From: Macrostomum lignano
Taxonomy: Eukaryota
DNA: 64,000 bases
Direction: 5' to 3'
Assembly (NCBI GenBank): GCA_002269645.1
Contig: NIVC01002637.1
Coordinates: forward strand, 1-64,000
This document shows, one piece after another, positions 36,993-49,695 of the stretch; the first letter of the stretch is position 1; the number at the start of each line of letters is the position of its first letter. The position numbers and the translations under genes were made by a program. The notes under the pieces are model-generated. The model was given only the letters and a program-made list of their open reading frames with translations, was not told the DNA's origin and ran no database searches.

Positions 36993-39557
36993 TGATGAGG
37001 CTTTGGGCAATGAATGATTACAGTTTTACTGGCTGCTGAAATCAAAATATCCCCACTTAGCTGCCGCTAAAATTTTAGCCGTGGGGGACGAAAAGTTTTC
37101 GAGGCTCGGTTGATGTTTTTTATTTGTCGTGTTCCGGCTTGTCAAATTGCGTTAATGGAATTTCTGATCCTCGGAAGCTTCTCGTTTCTCGTTTCTGGTA
37201 GTTTTTACTAGTCTCGGATTCCTCTTCTTGGGAACTTTGTTAAACTACACAACCAATTTGGTAACTAAGAGCTTTGGAAAAATCTTAACAATGTGGTTTC
37301 AAGTTGCATCGAGTTTATGAGGCCAGTTCAATGAAGCGTGGACTACCGGAAGTTTATCAACGAACCAGTGGTTTTGAATAAACAATCAAAATTGGTAGTC
37401 GGCTGTCTATCAGTGGTTTCTGACCTCCGATTTGTTACCATTGCTTCGAAAAAAATCTTTGAAGTGTAAAAAAAGGTTGCTATTACAGGTGACCAGCAGC
37501 CATGTCCATTGCCCACTCAACTTACCCTTTAAAACGCATGCAGATACGTACGCAGACACAAACTCACACAGGATGTACAACCTGTGGGGTCGAATCATCC
37601 GACAAGCCCGAGACCTATTTTTGTGCATGCTGGTGGAACTGTTTTTTAGCTGCTGTACAACGGAGCAATGCAGGTACACGGAATTCAAGAATTAAATACA
37701 TCTGTTCCTGCACACCTTCTCAAACAAGAATCAAGTCACCAAACCTCCGGATATTCAACGATTCTTCCAGAGGGACGGATTTTCCCATAAGCCTTGCCAA
37801 GCCTCCAGATTTAACCAGCACGTCGACTACGTGTGTCTGCATCAGCCCTGACTTCGGTGGTCACTGGTCTTCTCCCGGGTGGAGCTCCGCCACCAGGTAA
37901 CTATGGACATCCTGTTTCTGTCTAGGTCTGATATCGCTGACCATGCCAGTGGACAGTGGGCAAACCTTGACTGCTGGACATCCTCAACTAGCCTCTCAAG
38001 CAACCTTACGGCTGACGGTATTCCTACTGTAAACCAACATACTTTGGCCATCCTGGGCAGTCGTTTCCTTTAGTATGGTTTAATCGTATTCTTGAACATC
38101 TAGCTCGCATTGGGAACACATTCCTGCCAGAAATATGCCTCACCCCCGTTGGGACTATCGCGTTTCAAGAACGTGCCTCTCAGCTTTTCAGATGTTTTCA
38201 TTTTTTGCACTATTTGCTCAGTTTTTACGTGCGCCTGCATGGACTTAAGGCGGCATGAATCCGGTGCGGTGGGTGCGTTGAATGCAATGGATTAAACCAG
38301 CTTGAGCAATATTTGCTCAGGATAGCTAGCTATTGACAATAGAAGCTGGAAGATTTCTCCTCAATAGTAACGGCTTGGCTAGCGGAGGCGTAATCTTTTC
38401 AAGGCTACGGTTAGTAGGTTGTTGGTGATTTTTGCTTGCCGCTTGTCACGCTTGCTGATGTCTGGACCATAGACAACTCAAGTAAAATGGGTGTAGGCTG
38501 AAAGATGCATTTGCAAGATTGAAGGTTCTCCGTTTATGGCAATAAAAGTCTTGCGGAGGAAACAGAGAAAGGAATAAAATTTTTTTAACAAACTACATGT
38601 AGGTTTTGACCTTGTGCAGTCTACGAGTTCAGTATCCTAAGGAAAATGATGTCTAAAGCAAAAAAAGTATCGCCCCCCTGCGAATTGTGGCACCAAAGCC
38701 CTATAACTCTCCCTTTGATGCCTGGCCTACCAACAACTCTGAGAACCCCCCCCCCCCTATGAGCCACAGCATTTTAGCAATCCCCTCATGAGTCTTGATA
38801 TCTCAGTAATTTCCCACATGAGCCACAGCATTTCGCTGGGTCCAGAATATCAAGCGCTAATAGACTGAAAAATCAATAATTAATTTGCTAAAAATATGGT
38901 TAAAGATTTAGCTGACAACTTTAATTTCAGTATAAGACAGATCCCCCATTTTTTCTGCATCCACAAAAAACTGAACGCGCTGGGCAAACTTTTAGTTGAG
39001 CCCCGTCTGGATTGGTGTTGAATATCAGAGTTTGCAGTTGCCAAGATAAATGCTTACATGTCGCACCAACCCGATGCCGGAAGCAAACACTCGCAAGTAC
39101 CGATGAGGCATGATGGCTGCCACATGTTGATTTCTTATTTGAGTTTCACCACCGGATGTGGATTTCGCTCAAATAATGATGCCTAGCCCAGGTACGGATA
39201 GGGAACACATGAATATAACATTGGGGAGTACAAAACTTATTGTTGGATATACTTTTTTCCAGGAATTAAAATGACTTCTCTAAATTCGAAAAAGCTCTAC
39301 GAAGTCCGCATGCTTGACATCAGTGTGATTTTATTTCACAGAAGCGAAGCTTTCCGGGAATTTTTCAAACCTTTTCCAATGCAGAAAGGCGAACTATATA
39401 TTTTTGGGATAGCAATCAAGCAAGCTTAGAGAAGGTAGTTTTCAACTGTAATATAAGCTCTAAACAGTTTTAAAAGATAGTTGCCATTCTGTGCGATTAA
39501 ATCGTTTTGACGATGAAAACTTCTGTGCCACCCATTTGTTATTAAAGACATGGAGCT

Positions 39558-39903
39558 GTGTGCACCCTGGCGCACTTTAACCGACATTGTCACACAACCG
39601 GCGAGAGGCATTGCTGCCCATTCCGCCGACTCCCCTGAGCAGGCACACAAGCGCGCGGATACGTACGCAGTCATACGCACAGGCACACACTCACACAGGA
39701 GTGCACAGCGGCCCTAACTTTATTTATCGCTAGGCATGTACACTTCACTGTGCCTTGGGGGCTGGCCCCTCAAGGGCGTTGATTGCACGAGCAGAGCCAA
39801 GCCGAGATTCCAATTTAGCCCCGAATTAATATCTGACTGCACTTGGAATCGAGCCTGGGCCGCTGTACGTGAGACCCCTGCGCTAGACCACATGGTTACG
39901 GCC
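39558..39903 (-). mobile_element. tRNA-derived SINE, family A copy 1
   Basis: tRNA-like head with B box GGCTCGATTCC; about 300 bp body nearly identical to the reverse complement of 47058-47360. Confidence 0.8.
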
Positions 39904-40699
39904 TACGGCCCACTATGTAAAGTCCCACTATAGACCATAGTAGTCCACTAGCAATCTGCGCTCCCTCCCAATGTGGAAGCAACAAGGAAATGAATAAAAT
40001 AGTTTAAATAGCTTCTGACCTTGTACAGTCACTATTGTTCTTTCTTAAGGAAAATAATATCTAGATATCCACAACTCATTTTTAGTATAGCGGACTTCTT
40101 GTACTTCTTAATGGCTACTATGCATGAATTATATATTCTTCTTCTGGAGGCATGAATTAAAATTGAAGTCGGTCGGTCCCTAATTGTCCCTTTCAATTGT
40201 TTACTTTTCTTTTTAACTTTATGGGAGTTACCATATATTAATAATGACAATCGACAAAAAGCAAAAGCAAGTATTAAATGACGGGCAAAGGTAAAGATTA
40301 CACCCTGTGAAATTCAAACACTGTCTAGCCAGTGCCTGTCGGAAATTCTAAACAATTTGAATAGTAGGAGAGAAGCAAGTTATGAAATCGCATTATTGTA
40401 TTAAAGCAGAGAAAACAAGACGTCAGTGTTTAACAGACGCAGTCTATCTTGCAACAGTGCAGATGAAAAAGCCGCGCAATGTACAAGTGTACACTGTAGC
40501 ATTGTGCACATAGCTGCAGTAATTCTCGCTTTCGTCTCACACCCAGCCTTGCTGGCTGTGCAGCAATACGTGCATGCCACTACGCAAGGCTCTGCGACTC
40601 TCGCTTCGGCTGTTTCCAGTGCCTACTTGACCAGGCGCCGAAGCCCCAAACTGACACAAGAAAGTGCGCAAGCAAAGCTAGCCAGCCTCGCAACTAAAG

Positions 40700-43600
40700 A
40701 TGGAGGAGACAGCGCAGAAGCTTGACCGTGCCGACTATGAAGTGCGCTTTCAGTCCTCCAGACGCGATCTGGTGGCGGCGCTGCGGTATCGCGAGTCCCG
40801 GTTTGTCCGCCTCGCTGAGTATCTTGGCGAGCTCAGGCGACTGATGTGTGACTTGAAAATCGAATGCGAAGCGACCGATGAAGACACGAAGCTGGACGAG
40901 CTGGACGAGCTGGACGAGATCTTGCAGAGCCAGCTCACTCTGTCCTTGATCGTGTTCGGCCGCAGCAACACGGGCAAGTCGACACTGCTAAACCAGCTGC
41001 TGCGGGATTGGCAGGAATCTCCGGCAAGCAGCCGAATAACCGGTCTGTTTCCCACCGCTGAGCACACCTGCACCGCCAGACTCACCTGCACTAGCCACGG
41101 ACCGAGCAGGACAGTGTCAATTCAGGACGTAATAACTAGTCAGGCGATCGTTGATACGACAGCCTTCGAGGATAGCAGGGAGTTACGAGAGTACATCGAC
41201 CTTAAAGGGAACGAGCGGGAGGATCGAAACACTGCGATGCTGGTGAAGGTGTCGTTGCCCAATGAACTACTTCGATACAACCTTCAGCTGGTGGACAGTC
41301 CCGGCATGGGCGAGAATGCTCAAATGAATGAGACCGTTCGAAATTTTTTGAACGGGGCCAAGTCGGCCATAGTCGTGTACACTGTTAATGGCACGGAAGG
41401 ATACAAGCCAGAGCCTGTAAGTTTGTGATGCCTAGAAGGTACATTTTCGAATGCCTGTGTAAGAAAGTTAATCTCAGTTATAAAATGTGAAGTAGGCGGC
41501 TCCTATACGAGCGAATTGCATTCTAAATTGATTAATTGACAGTTGAAAGTTGCAGACTTTAGATAGGTTCTTTCTAGCATTATCAACAAGTGTATCAACA
41601 TTTAAAAACTTGCAGGACACTGAGAACATCCGGTTCTTGATGGAGGAGCACAGCAGTATGCAAAAAGTGTTCGTTGCCAACCGGATTGATTGCTGCATAA
41701 AAAGTTACTACAAAAACTTGTGCGAGGAAGTTCAATGCGAGGACTCTAGCGACGAGGAGGAGGTAGTTAAAAGCCTGGAGAATGATATTGAAGGATTTCA
41801 GTACTCGGCGCACTGCCAAGAGCACATGCTGAAGCGCATGGGAAGCGTCATGGAGTCATTCAGCCAGTACCATCCAGGTTGCATCACCCCCGGCAGCGAA
41901 ACCGCTCTGCTCGGCGTGTCGGCCAAGTCAGTGGAGAATTTTTTATCGAACAATTGGCCCGTGCCGCACCCGCCATACCTGGACTCATTCCTGGAACTAG
42001 AGGCTCGAATTGCTGCGCTGGTTTACGCCAACGCTCGGCAGAAGCTTACAGATGCGATGGCCATTATGAAGCGTCTATTGATGCTGGCCTCCGTTCACCT
42101 GCTAGCCTTCAAGTTGTCCTCCGTTGTGACCTCCAGCCTTACCGAGATGCCAATGGAGCTGATGTCCCGGGCGCTCCGCGTAATTAAAGACACCTACGAA
42201 AGAATCAGCAAGGCTCTGCTGTTAGTGGCAGCGGAGGACTCGCTGCTGGACCTGAGCGACCCCGAGAGTGAGCTGAACGTCCTAAAGAACCAATTTGCTC
42301 GCGACGGTGCCAAAATGCAGGCCGCCGCTGACGTAAGCCTTGTGATGCGCCAAGCTGAGGCCAAGCTCATTGCTAGTCTGACTCAAGGCAAAAACAGAGA
42401 ATTTCAAGCAGCCGTCAGACTGCTATGCAGCTTCAAGGATATCTTAGTTAGCCACCTGAAAGCTGAGCTTCGATCCAAATATAAAGAGGTCCTTGCTAGG
42501 TCAGTATTGTCGCACACAGCTCACAGTGTCATGGAAGGCTTGTGCAGCTCCGCGGAAGAGTTTCATAATGATCTGGCAATAATAAAATGCACCTTTGAGC
42601 CAAATGATACCGAGTTCGGTGACCTTTGTGCAAGCCATCTAGTCGATGGCATGCGCCAGGCCCTGCCCAGACTTGTCCGCACAGCTGAGTTCGCCCAGCT
42701 AGTGGCCTCCAAATCTCCGGACAAGCGAACCCGACAGCTCGACTACTTCCTGGCCGGCATTGACCTTCGAAAGCTGACTGGCGAAGCCATCGAACTCTAC
42801 TGCGCCCAGCTGTGCCAGAAGAAGACGGACATCGAGGATCGGCTGACCGTTCAGCTCGACGAGTTGCGGCAGAGAAGTTTCGACAGTGTCGAAAAGAAAC
42901 TGCGCCTGAAGCCGCTGAAGCGGGATCTGACAGTTCTGCTCTTCAAGCTCACTGGGATGGATACGGAGCTGCGCTGGAATGCTTCCAATGTCACTCGCGA
43001 ATGTGAGTATGGCCAACCCTGGTGGGAGATCTTAGAAGTCTGAAATTTAGCTCAAATACACGTATATTTCTATTATATGTAGAACGGTTGCTGAGAAATG
43101 GAAACTCATCACTCAAAACTCGATCATAAAAATAAGGTCTAATAAATGCAAGTATGATAGCCTCGGTTTAGTGTGCTGTCAATAGCTCGTAATAATAATA
43201 ATTGATTACACCTGCCCCAATTGAGCCAGATGTGCAACCGACAGCTCAGCCGCATCATCTGAAGGCTGCGTACGGCTGTTCAGTGCATGGACTGGGGGGG
43301 GAGGGGGTCGCCACACACCCTCAATTACCCCAGCTAATGCTGGCACCCATTTTACAGCTGGGTGAACTGAAGCAATGCAGAGTTAAGTGTCTTGCTCAAG
43401 GACACAAATTGTTCCAGTCGACCTTCAAGTCGTGAGTCCGACTAGGCTATAACCCTTACGAATCTGTCAAGGATCTGGTCAAAGGTTTGGCGATGATTTC
43501 CATGTACATGTAGATTAGGATTTAGGGTCAGGTCTAGTAGACAATTTGTTGGAGTTAAATTACGGCAGTATGTTGACGTGAACTCATCTATGTTGTTAAG

Positions 43601-46420
43601 TCGCTTCAATCATTTTGAAATTTTTTATTCATAAATTCACTGCTATCTTACAGGCGAGCAGGTACGGCAGTGCCAGCAGGAAGTCTCCAATCTCCGCTGT
43701 CCCCAGCTTGGCAGTCGAAGACGCTGCATCCTGAGACCGCGGATCAGTGGAGGCCGAGCTGCGGACCTGCTCTGCCGCTGTCTCCACCTGCCCGCCGACT
43801 GTCTGAAGCGGATGGCGAGCAGCGCGATGCGGCTGAGGTGAGTAAGGCGGATGAAGGTTGCCTAGCACAGGTTGTGGGGCTCTATAGGGATAACTTGTCT
43901 GTGCCTTAAGTTATAATGCTATGCGTGTAAATAAGCTCAAGATCCTTCAATGCCTACTTCAGCAGTAGTTTATACCATTTTTACCTTATTCGTTACGCAT
44001 ACTTTTATACTACCTAAATACCGTAGTAGTCAAAGTAGCGCATTTCTAAAAACAACGTCAAACGTCAACGTCAAATAGACTGCAGAAAAGTATTTTTTTG
44101 GCCTGGCCCAAAAAACACCAACCAAATACGTTTGTTTATTCTTGGGCCGGGCCCACGTGGGGAATAAATACGTTTCTGTAGTCTATTGCCGGGCCCAAGT
44201 GGGGAATAAATACGTTTCTGTAGTCTATGGCTAGGCCAAAGTGGGGAATAAATACGTTTCTGTAGTCTATGGCTGGGCCAAAGTGGGGAATAAATACGTT
44301 TCTGTAGTCTATGGCCGGGCCCAAGTGGGGAATAAATACGTTTCTGTAGTCTATGGCCGGGCCCAAGTGGGGAATAAATACGTTTCTGTAGTCTATGGCT
44401 GGGCCCAAGTGGGGAATAAATACGTTTCTGTAGTCTATGGCTAGGCCAAAGTGGGGAATAAATACGTTTCTGTAGTCTATGGCTGGGCCAAAGTGGGGAA
44501 TAAATACGTTTCTGTAGTCTATGGCTGGGCCAAAGTGGGGAATAAATACGTTTTCTGTATTCTATTGCCAAGTGGGGAATAGGTTAGCAAAACGTTGGAT
44601 GCATAAGCCATTGACTCGATCTTCTCTCTGAAAGAATTCGTACGAATATGCGATATCATGCTGAAAAAGTTGCACCTCTTACAACTATATTGTCAGATCA
44701 AAGTTGCCCAGCTCAGTGCAGTTTGCCTGGTTCTTTCTTGACGAGCCCGACTGTGACAGCGGCACTACGGAAACAGCGGCTACAGACAAGGCTGACGACG
44801 TTCAACTGCTGCTAGGAGTGCTCACTAACGAAGCCAGTTGCAGGTTTCTATCAGAACTGCATCCGCATTCCATTACAGATGTTGATAGGCTTGTCTGGAT
44901 GCGCAGTCTGCTGATGTGCCAGGCGAACTTTGCCTCTGCCGAGTTGCACTATCGGCCAATGGACTACAGGCCCTCAAATGTGCTGGTGAGGCTCCAATCT
45001 CTTCCTAGCTGGGATTCTGATTGTTATCGTGAACTTGAGTGCTGTTTCTTAATCAATGAGCTTTAGTTCCTGTCTGGTTATTCAATGAGCTTCAGTTCCT
45101 GTCCGGTCATTCAATGAGCTTCAGTTCCTGTCCGGTCATCAATGAGCTTCACTTCCTGTCCGGTCATTCAATGAGCTTCTGTTCCCGTCCGCTCATTCAG
45201 TGAGCTCCAGTTCCTGTCCGGTCATTCAATGAGCTTCACTTCCTGTCCGGTCATTCAATGAGCTTCTGTTCCCGTCCGCTCATTCAGTGAGCTTCAGTTC
45301 CTGTCCGGTCATTCAATGAGCTTCACTTCCTTTCCAGTCATTTAATGAGCTCCAGTTCCCGTCCAGTCATTTAATGAGCTTCAGTTCCTATCCAGTCATT
45401 TAATGAGCTTCAGTTCCTATCCAGTCATTTAATGAGCTTCAGTTCCTATCCAGTCATTTAATGAGCTCCAGTTCCCGTCTAGTCATTTAATGAGCTTCAG
45501 TTCCTATCCAGTCATTTAATGAGCTCCAGTTCCCGTCCAGTCATTTAATGAGCTCCAGTTCCCGTCCAGTCATTTAATGAGCTTCAGTTCCTATCCAGTC
45601 ATTTAATGAGCTTCAGTTCCTATCCAGTCATTTAATGAGCTTCAGTTCCTATCCAGTCATTTAATGAGCTCCAGTTCCCGTCTAGTCATTTAATGAGCTT
45701 CAGTTCCTATCCAGTCATTTAATGAGCTTCAGTTCCTATCCAGTCATTTAATGAGCTTCAGTTCCTATCCAGTCATTTAATGAGCTTCAGTTCCTATCCA
45801 GTGATTTAATGAGCTTCAGTTCCTATCCAGTCATTTAATGAGCTTCAGTTCCTATCCAGTCATTTAATGAGCTCCAGTTCCCGTCCAGTCATTTAATGAG
45901 CTTCAGTTCCTGTCCAGTCATTAAAGAAAATCTAAAATGAAGCTTAAAAATCTTTCCATCAATGACCGGACAGGAACTGAAGCTTTTTGAACGAATGACT
46001 GTATTCTCAAATGTGCCTCAAACAAATGCTCAGATAGTTGATATGACGAGCGACCCAGCGGGAGGCGGCGACGGCGCCGGCAGCGGAGCCATGCCGGACC
46101 CGACCCACTTGCTGGCCGAGGCGGGCCAGGCGGCCGAGTCAGCCTCGCTGGCGGCCTGCATCGTGACTCTATTTGGTTACACTAGCAACACGGCTGAGCA
46201 CAGTCCAGCTGGCTGGAATGAGCACTATGAGGCCCAGCTGCAGCGAGCGGTGAGCAATCCGGAGACTTTCCTGACCTACCTGCCCAGCTGCTTGGGCGGA
46301 CGCCAGAATCGCAGCCTCATCAGCTGCGTGTCCGACTGCGTCTCAGCTTGTTTGGCCGGTTTGGATTCAGCGAAGGTCGAGGCGCTATCGAAGAGTGTGC
46401 AACGGCTGCTACCCGTTTGA
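40700..46420 (+). CDS. DSTYK-like protein: dynamin-like GTPase + helical region + degenerate kinase, ~990 aa; exons 40700-41416, 41616-43002, 43654-43837, 44697-44985, 46034(or 45974)-46420
   Basis: G1 GRSNTGKS, G2 TCTAR, G3 LVDSPG, G4 NRID. C-terminal kinase-like remnants DRLVWM..HYRPMDYRPSNVL, IVDM, DPTHLLAE. Junction phases 0,1,2,0 are all consistent with GT-AG sites and give no stops. Confidence 0.7.
43192..43445 (-). mobile_element. CORE-type tRNA SINE, family B copy 1 (head partly deleted), in DSTYK-like intron 2
   Basis: rc contains CCTTGAGCAAGACACTTAACTCTGCATTGCTTCAGTTCACCCAGCTGTAAAATGGG (CORE-like); matches 48262-48535; (AAT)n tail. Confidence 0.8.
44140..44580. repeat. 42-bp minisatellite in DSTYK-like intron 3
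   Basis: GGGCCCAAGTGGGGAATAAATACGTTTCTGTAGTCTATGGC(C/T), about 10 copies. Confidence 0.95.
45050..45922. repeat. 29-bp minisatellite (~30 copies) in DSTYK-like intron 4
   Basis: TT(C/T)AATGAGCTTCAGTTCCT(G/A)TCC(G/A)GTCA units. Confidence 0.95.
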
Positions 46421-47017
46421 ATGACTTACTAAGGCTTTCTGGATGCTCTGATACCCCGTCGTTACCACTAGAAACCGTTGGAAAATAGTTGTATTGTTCT
46501 TGTGTTCTTGTAAAAGTATTTTTTATTTAACGTAGATTTTTAAGCCAAATCAATCCGCCGGAGCAAGAACCAAAAGAATTAGCTTGAGATTACTCAAATA
46601 GCTAGCTAGCTAGAATAGGTAGAAGCACGCCTGAGCCACAGCAAGGCGGCCAGGTGTCAACGTCCCTACCGAGACTGCCTCTTGGATTATCCCATTTACA
46701 TGTAGCACGTAGCACCCTCGTAGCACTTAACACTACTAACCACGTCCAAATTAGCTTAACTTTCAAGTCTAAGAAAGCCATCGCCATCGCCAGCATTCTC
46801 TTCTTATCTTTGATATGATAAGTATAGCAGCTTCAGCTCTAACAGGGTTCATTATACCTTACTTTTTATATCCGTCTGACATTTTTACGAATTATCATTC
46901 ATTGCAGTTGTTCCTCCAGTACGGGGTGCCAAGATTATGCGAGCGCGAAGATGGCTCTGCCGCTGGAACAGGGATGGGTGCTCCAAGAGTCAGTGCTCGG
47001 GCCACCTTCAGTGGGAG

Positions 47018-47362
47018 GGCCGTAGCCCAGTGGTCTGCCGCGGCGCTCTGATGTGCCAGCGGCCCAGGCTCGATTCCAAGTGCAGTCACATTAATTTGGG
47101 GCTAAATTGGAATCGCGGCTTGGCTCTGCTCGTGCAATCAACGCCCTCGAGGGCCAACCCCAAGGCACAGTGAAGTGTACATGCCTAGCGATAAATAAAG
47201 TTAGGGCCGCTGTACACTCCTGTGTGAGTGTGTGCCTGTGCGTATGACTGCGTACGTATCCGCGCGCTTGTGTGCCTGCTCAGGGGAAGTCGGCGAAATG
47301 GGCAGCAATGCCTCTCGCCGGTTGTGTGACAATGTCGCTTAAAGTGCGCCAGGGCGCACACA
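47018..47362 (+). mobile_element. tRNA-derived SINE, family A copy 2
   Basis: A box TAGCCCAGTGG and B box GGCTCGATTCC; body is the inverse of 39558-39863. Confidence 0.8.
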
Positions 47363-48261
47363 GTCCCCTGCCTCCAACTAAAAGATCACAGCCTTCAGTG
47401 GAGCTATAAGGGGCACCTCTCTGCAAAGGCTCACTATCATTTGCATGGCTTGGCTCCGCCAATCCAGCTTAGGGAACCCGCAGCCTCAGCGAGACACAGG
47501 TGCAAATCTACCCATCACGGAAGGGTGGACTGTGTGCCTGTACGTGCTCAAGGGTCAGCGGAACGGGCATGGTGGGGCTGTCGCCAGAGCGAATGCAAGG
47601 TCGCTATGAAAGACTGGCTTTGCTAACAGTTATAGCATCTGCGCAGTTGAGCCAGGGGCTGTGCGCTCAATGTTTTATGACCCGCAAGCAATCACGAGAG
47701 AAACTGCGCCATCTCCTCTCCTACACGAGAGCAAACAGCTCAGAAGAGGCCAACTCTCTATTAATTCTATTGGCAGACTCAGTATAGAGTTCGGTGCTTG
47801 CCGTCAAGTGAGAGTTTTTTTGGTGAGCTTTTTCTTTTCAGTTAAGCTTTCTAGCGTCTTGCATTTCATTTCAATTAAAAGTTTTCAACACAAAGTTCTC
47901 AACTGCTAGCAGTCCGGCTCCACTTCATCAACGCTCATTGAGAATAATTCAGAAGCTGTGACCCTATAGGCATCTTCAGTCTCTCTCTTCATCGACGTTA
48001 ATTGTCTTTGAACAAGAGAGGCTGGCAGGGCCGTGAGACTGCAAGGGCTAGGATGGAGCTGCTGGGGAATGGGCAGTGTTTGCCAACGCAGCGGGGGGGG
48101 GCTTAGCTGGGGTTGGACTGTTTACTACAGAACCGTCTCTATCCCAGTTTTCAGGCCTGCGACTACCAAGGAGGCCGGGAGTGTTAGTCTGGAATACAGA
48201 ATTTACTGAAGTATCGCAGCTTTCTATTTGGTCTCACATTAAGACTGGTGATTGATAAAAA

Positions 48262-48535
48262 AATAATTGATTACACCTGCCTTAATGGGCAGATGTGCAA
48301 CCGACCGCATCTGAAGGCTGCGTACGGCTGTTCAGTCTCAAGACTGATGGGTCGCCACACACACACCCTCAATTACCCCAGCTAATGCTGGCACCCATTT
48401 TACAGCTGGGTGAACTGAAGCAATGCAGAGTTAAGTATCTTGCTTAAGGAAACAAATTGTTCCAGTGGGATCGGGAATCGAACCCCCGACCTTCAAGTCG
48501 TGAGTCTGACGCCCTAACCACTGGGCTGGAACCCC
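48262..48535 (-). mobile_element. CORE-type tRNA SINE, family B copy 2 (full head)
   Basis: rc head GGGGTTCCAGCCCAGTGGTTAGGGCGTCAGACTCACGACTTGAAGGTCGGGGGTTCGATTCCC with A and B boxes, followed by a CORE-like block. Confidence 0.82.
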
Positions 48536-49152
48536 TATAAGACAGAATGAATTCTCTCTGTAGTTCTCACAGGATATAGAGCCTATTAAAGACAGCACAA
48601 CCTTTGAAATTTGACGTCTATCTCAGGATGGCATTTTTGCGAAAATTTTGTCTAAAAAGAGCTCATAATATTTAACTTGAAATTATTGATTATTCAACTT
48701 TAAAATCACACCAAGTTTATAGAACTCGGTTCGACCAAACAGAAGTTATGATAACTTCGGTAACAGATGACGCAGCAGCTCCACTATACGAGTAGAACAA
48801 TCCAGATTCTTCGTTTATCGCGGTCTCCATGGTTCTGATCTCCGTCTCTAGTCGCCTCCACCTGATTTTTCTAAACGCTCTGACCACGCACACACACAAA
48901 CACACGCACACAATGGGCGGCCTTGAGTGGAGGCTGGGCAGGAAGGGAAGAGAAGATGGCAGGACGAACCAGATTGAACCGGTTCCATATGCTGAGACCG
49001 CGCGGTTAACCAACGATAGGCCGATAAGGCCGGCAGAAGGAGGGAATGGAGTAGAGAAAATGGAGCACACAAAAAGCTCGCACGCTGGGTCTGCCCGCCC
49101 TGATTAAAAAGAACGCCAAACTCCAAGTGTAACGGTCAGCTGTCCTGTCCAG

Positions 49153-49695
49153 GTGAGCATGACAACCAGCCTGAGGATGAGGCGCGCAGTCTCAGCTGAC
49201 CGATTGAACTCCAGAAAGTCGGAGTCACTTTCCGACGAGCTGGACGGAGGCGGCATGAATTTCGCCTGCAGTTTGGCCGGCTTTCCCTACTGCTGCACTA
49301 AGCACTACTATGAGTACAGGCGCTGGCCCTACTACCTGGAGCCGCCGCCAGCTGCTGCCTACCCGACCTACCGGACCAGCCGCTACTACCTGGACTGGAG
49401 CCGCTACCCGAACGGCTACCCGTTCAGCAGCTACTACTACAACTACTACTACGGCGACTACAGGCGCTACAGGCCCTGGTACAGCGGCTACTACAGCTAC
49501 AACGATTATTACGGCGATTATCTGCGCGGCTACGCCGAGGGGATGCGCAAATACGGCGACGGCGAGTTGGCGACAAAACGACTACTGCGGAGTCGGCGAG
49601 CTTCGGCCGCCGCGACTGCCGCGGTTGACGAACTGCTGGCTGAAGGCGCTAGGACCAGCTGTTACTACCGACCGTACACCAGCCGCTACCTGTGA
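49153..49695 (+). CDS. Tyr/Arg-rich low-complexity protein exon (ATG at 49159 or spliced to an upstream exon)
   Basis: GC-rich frame with almost exclusive TAC codons; acceptor CTGTCCTGTCCAG at 49152; central YY/YxxY-rich tract. Confidence 0.65.
   Translation: MSMTTSLRMRRAVSADRLNSRKSESLSDELDGGGMNFACSLAGFPYCCTKHYYEYRRWPYYLEPPPAAAYPTYRTSRYYLDWSRYPNGYPFSSYYYNYYYGDYRRYRPWYSGYYSYNDYYGDYLRGYAEGMRKYGDGELATKRLLRSRRASAAATAAVDELLAEGARTSCYYRPYTSRYL

Noticed and set aside
37400-38300. Short ORFs possibly from a gene or retroelement remnant
   Set aside because: No recognisable motif or consistent splice structure could be assembled.
47018-48535. tRNA genes at 47018-47085 and 48465-48535
   Set aside because: The acceptor stems are imperfect and each is fused to a repeated body with a second copy in the window, so they are SINE heads.
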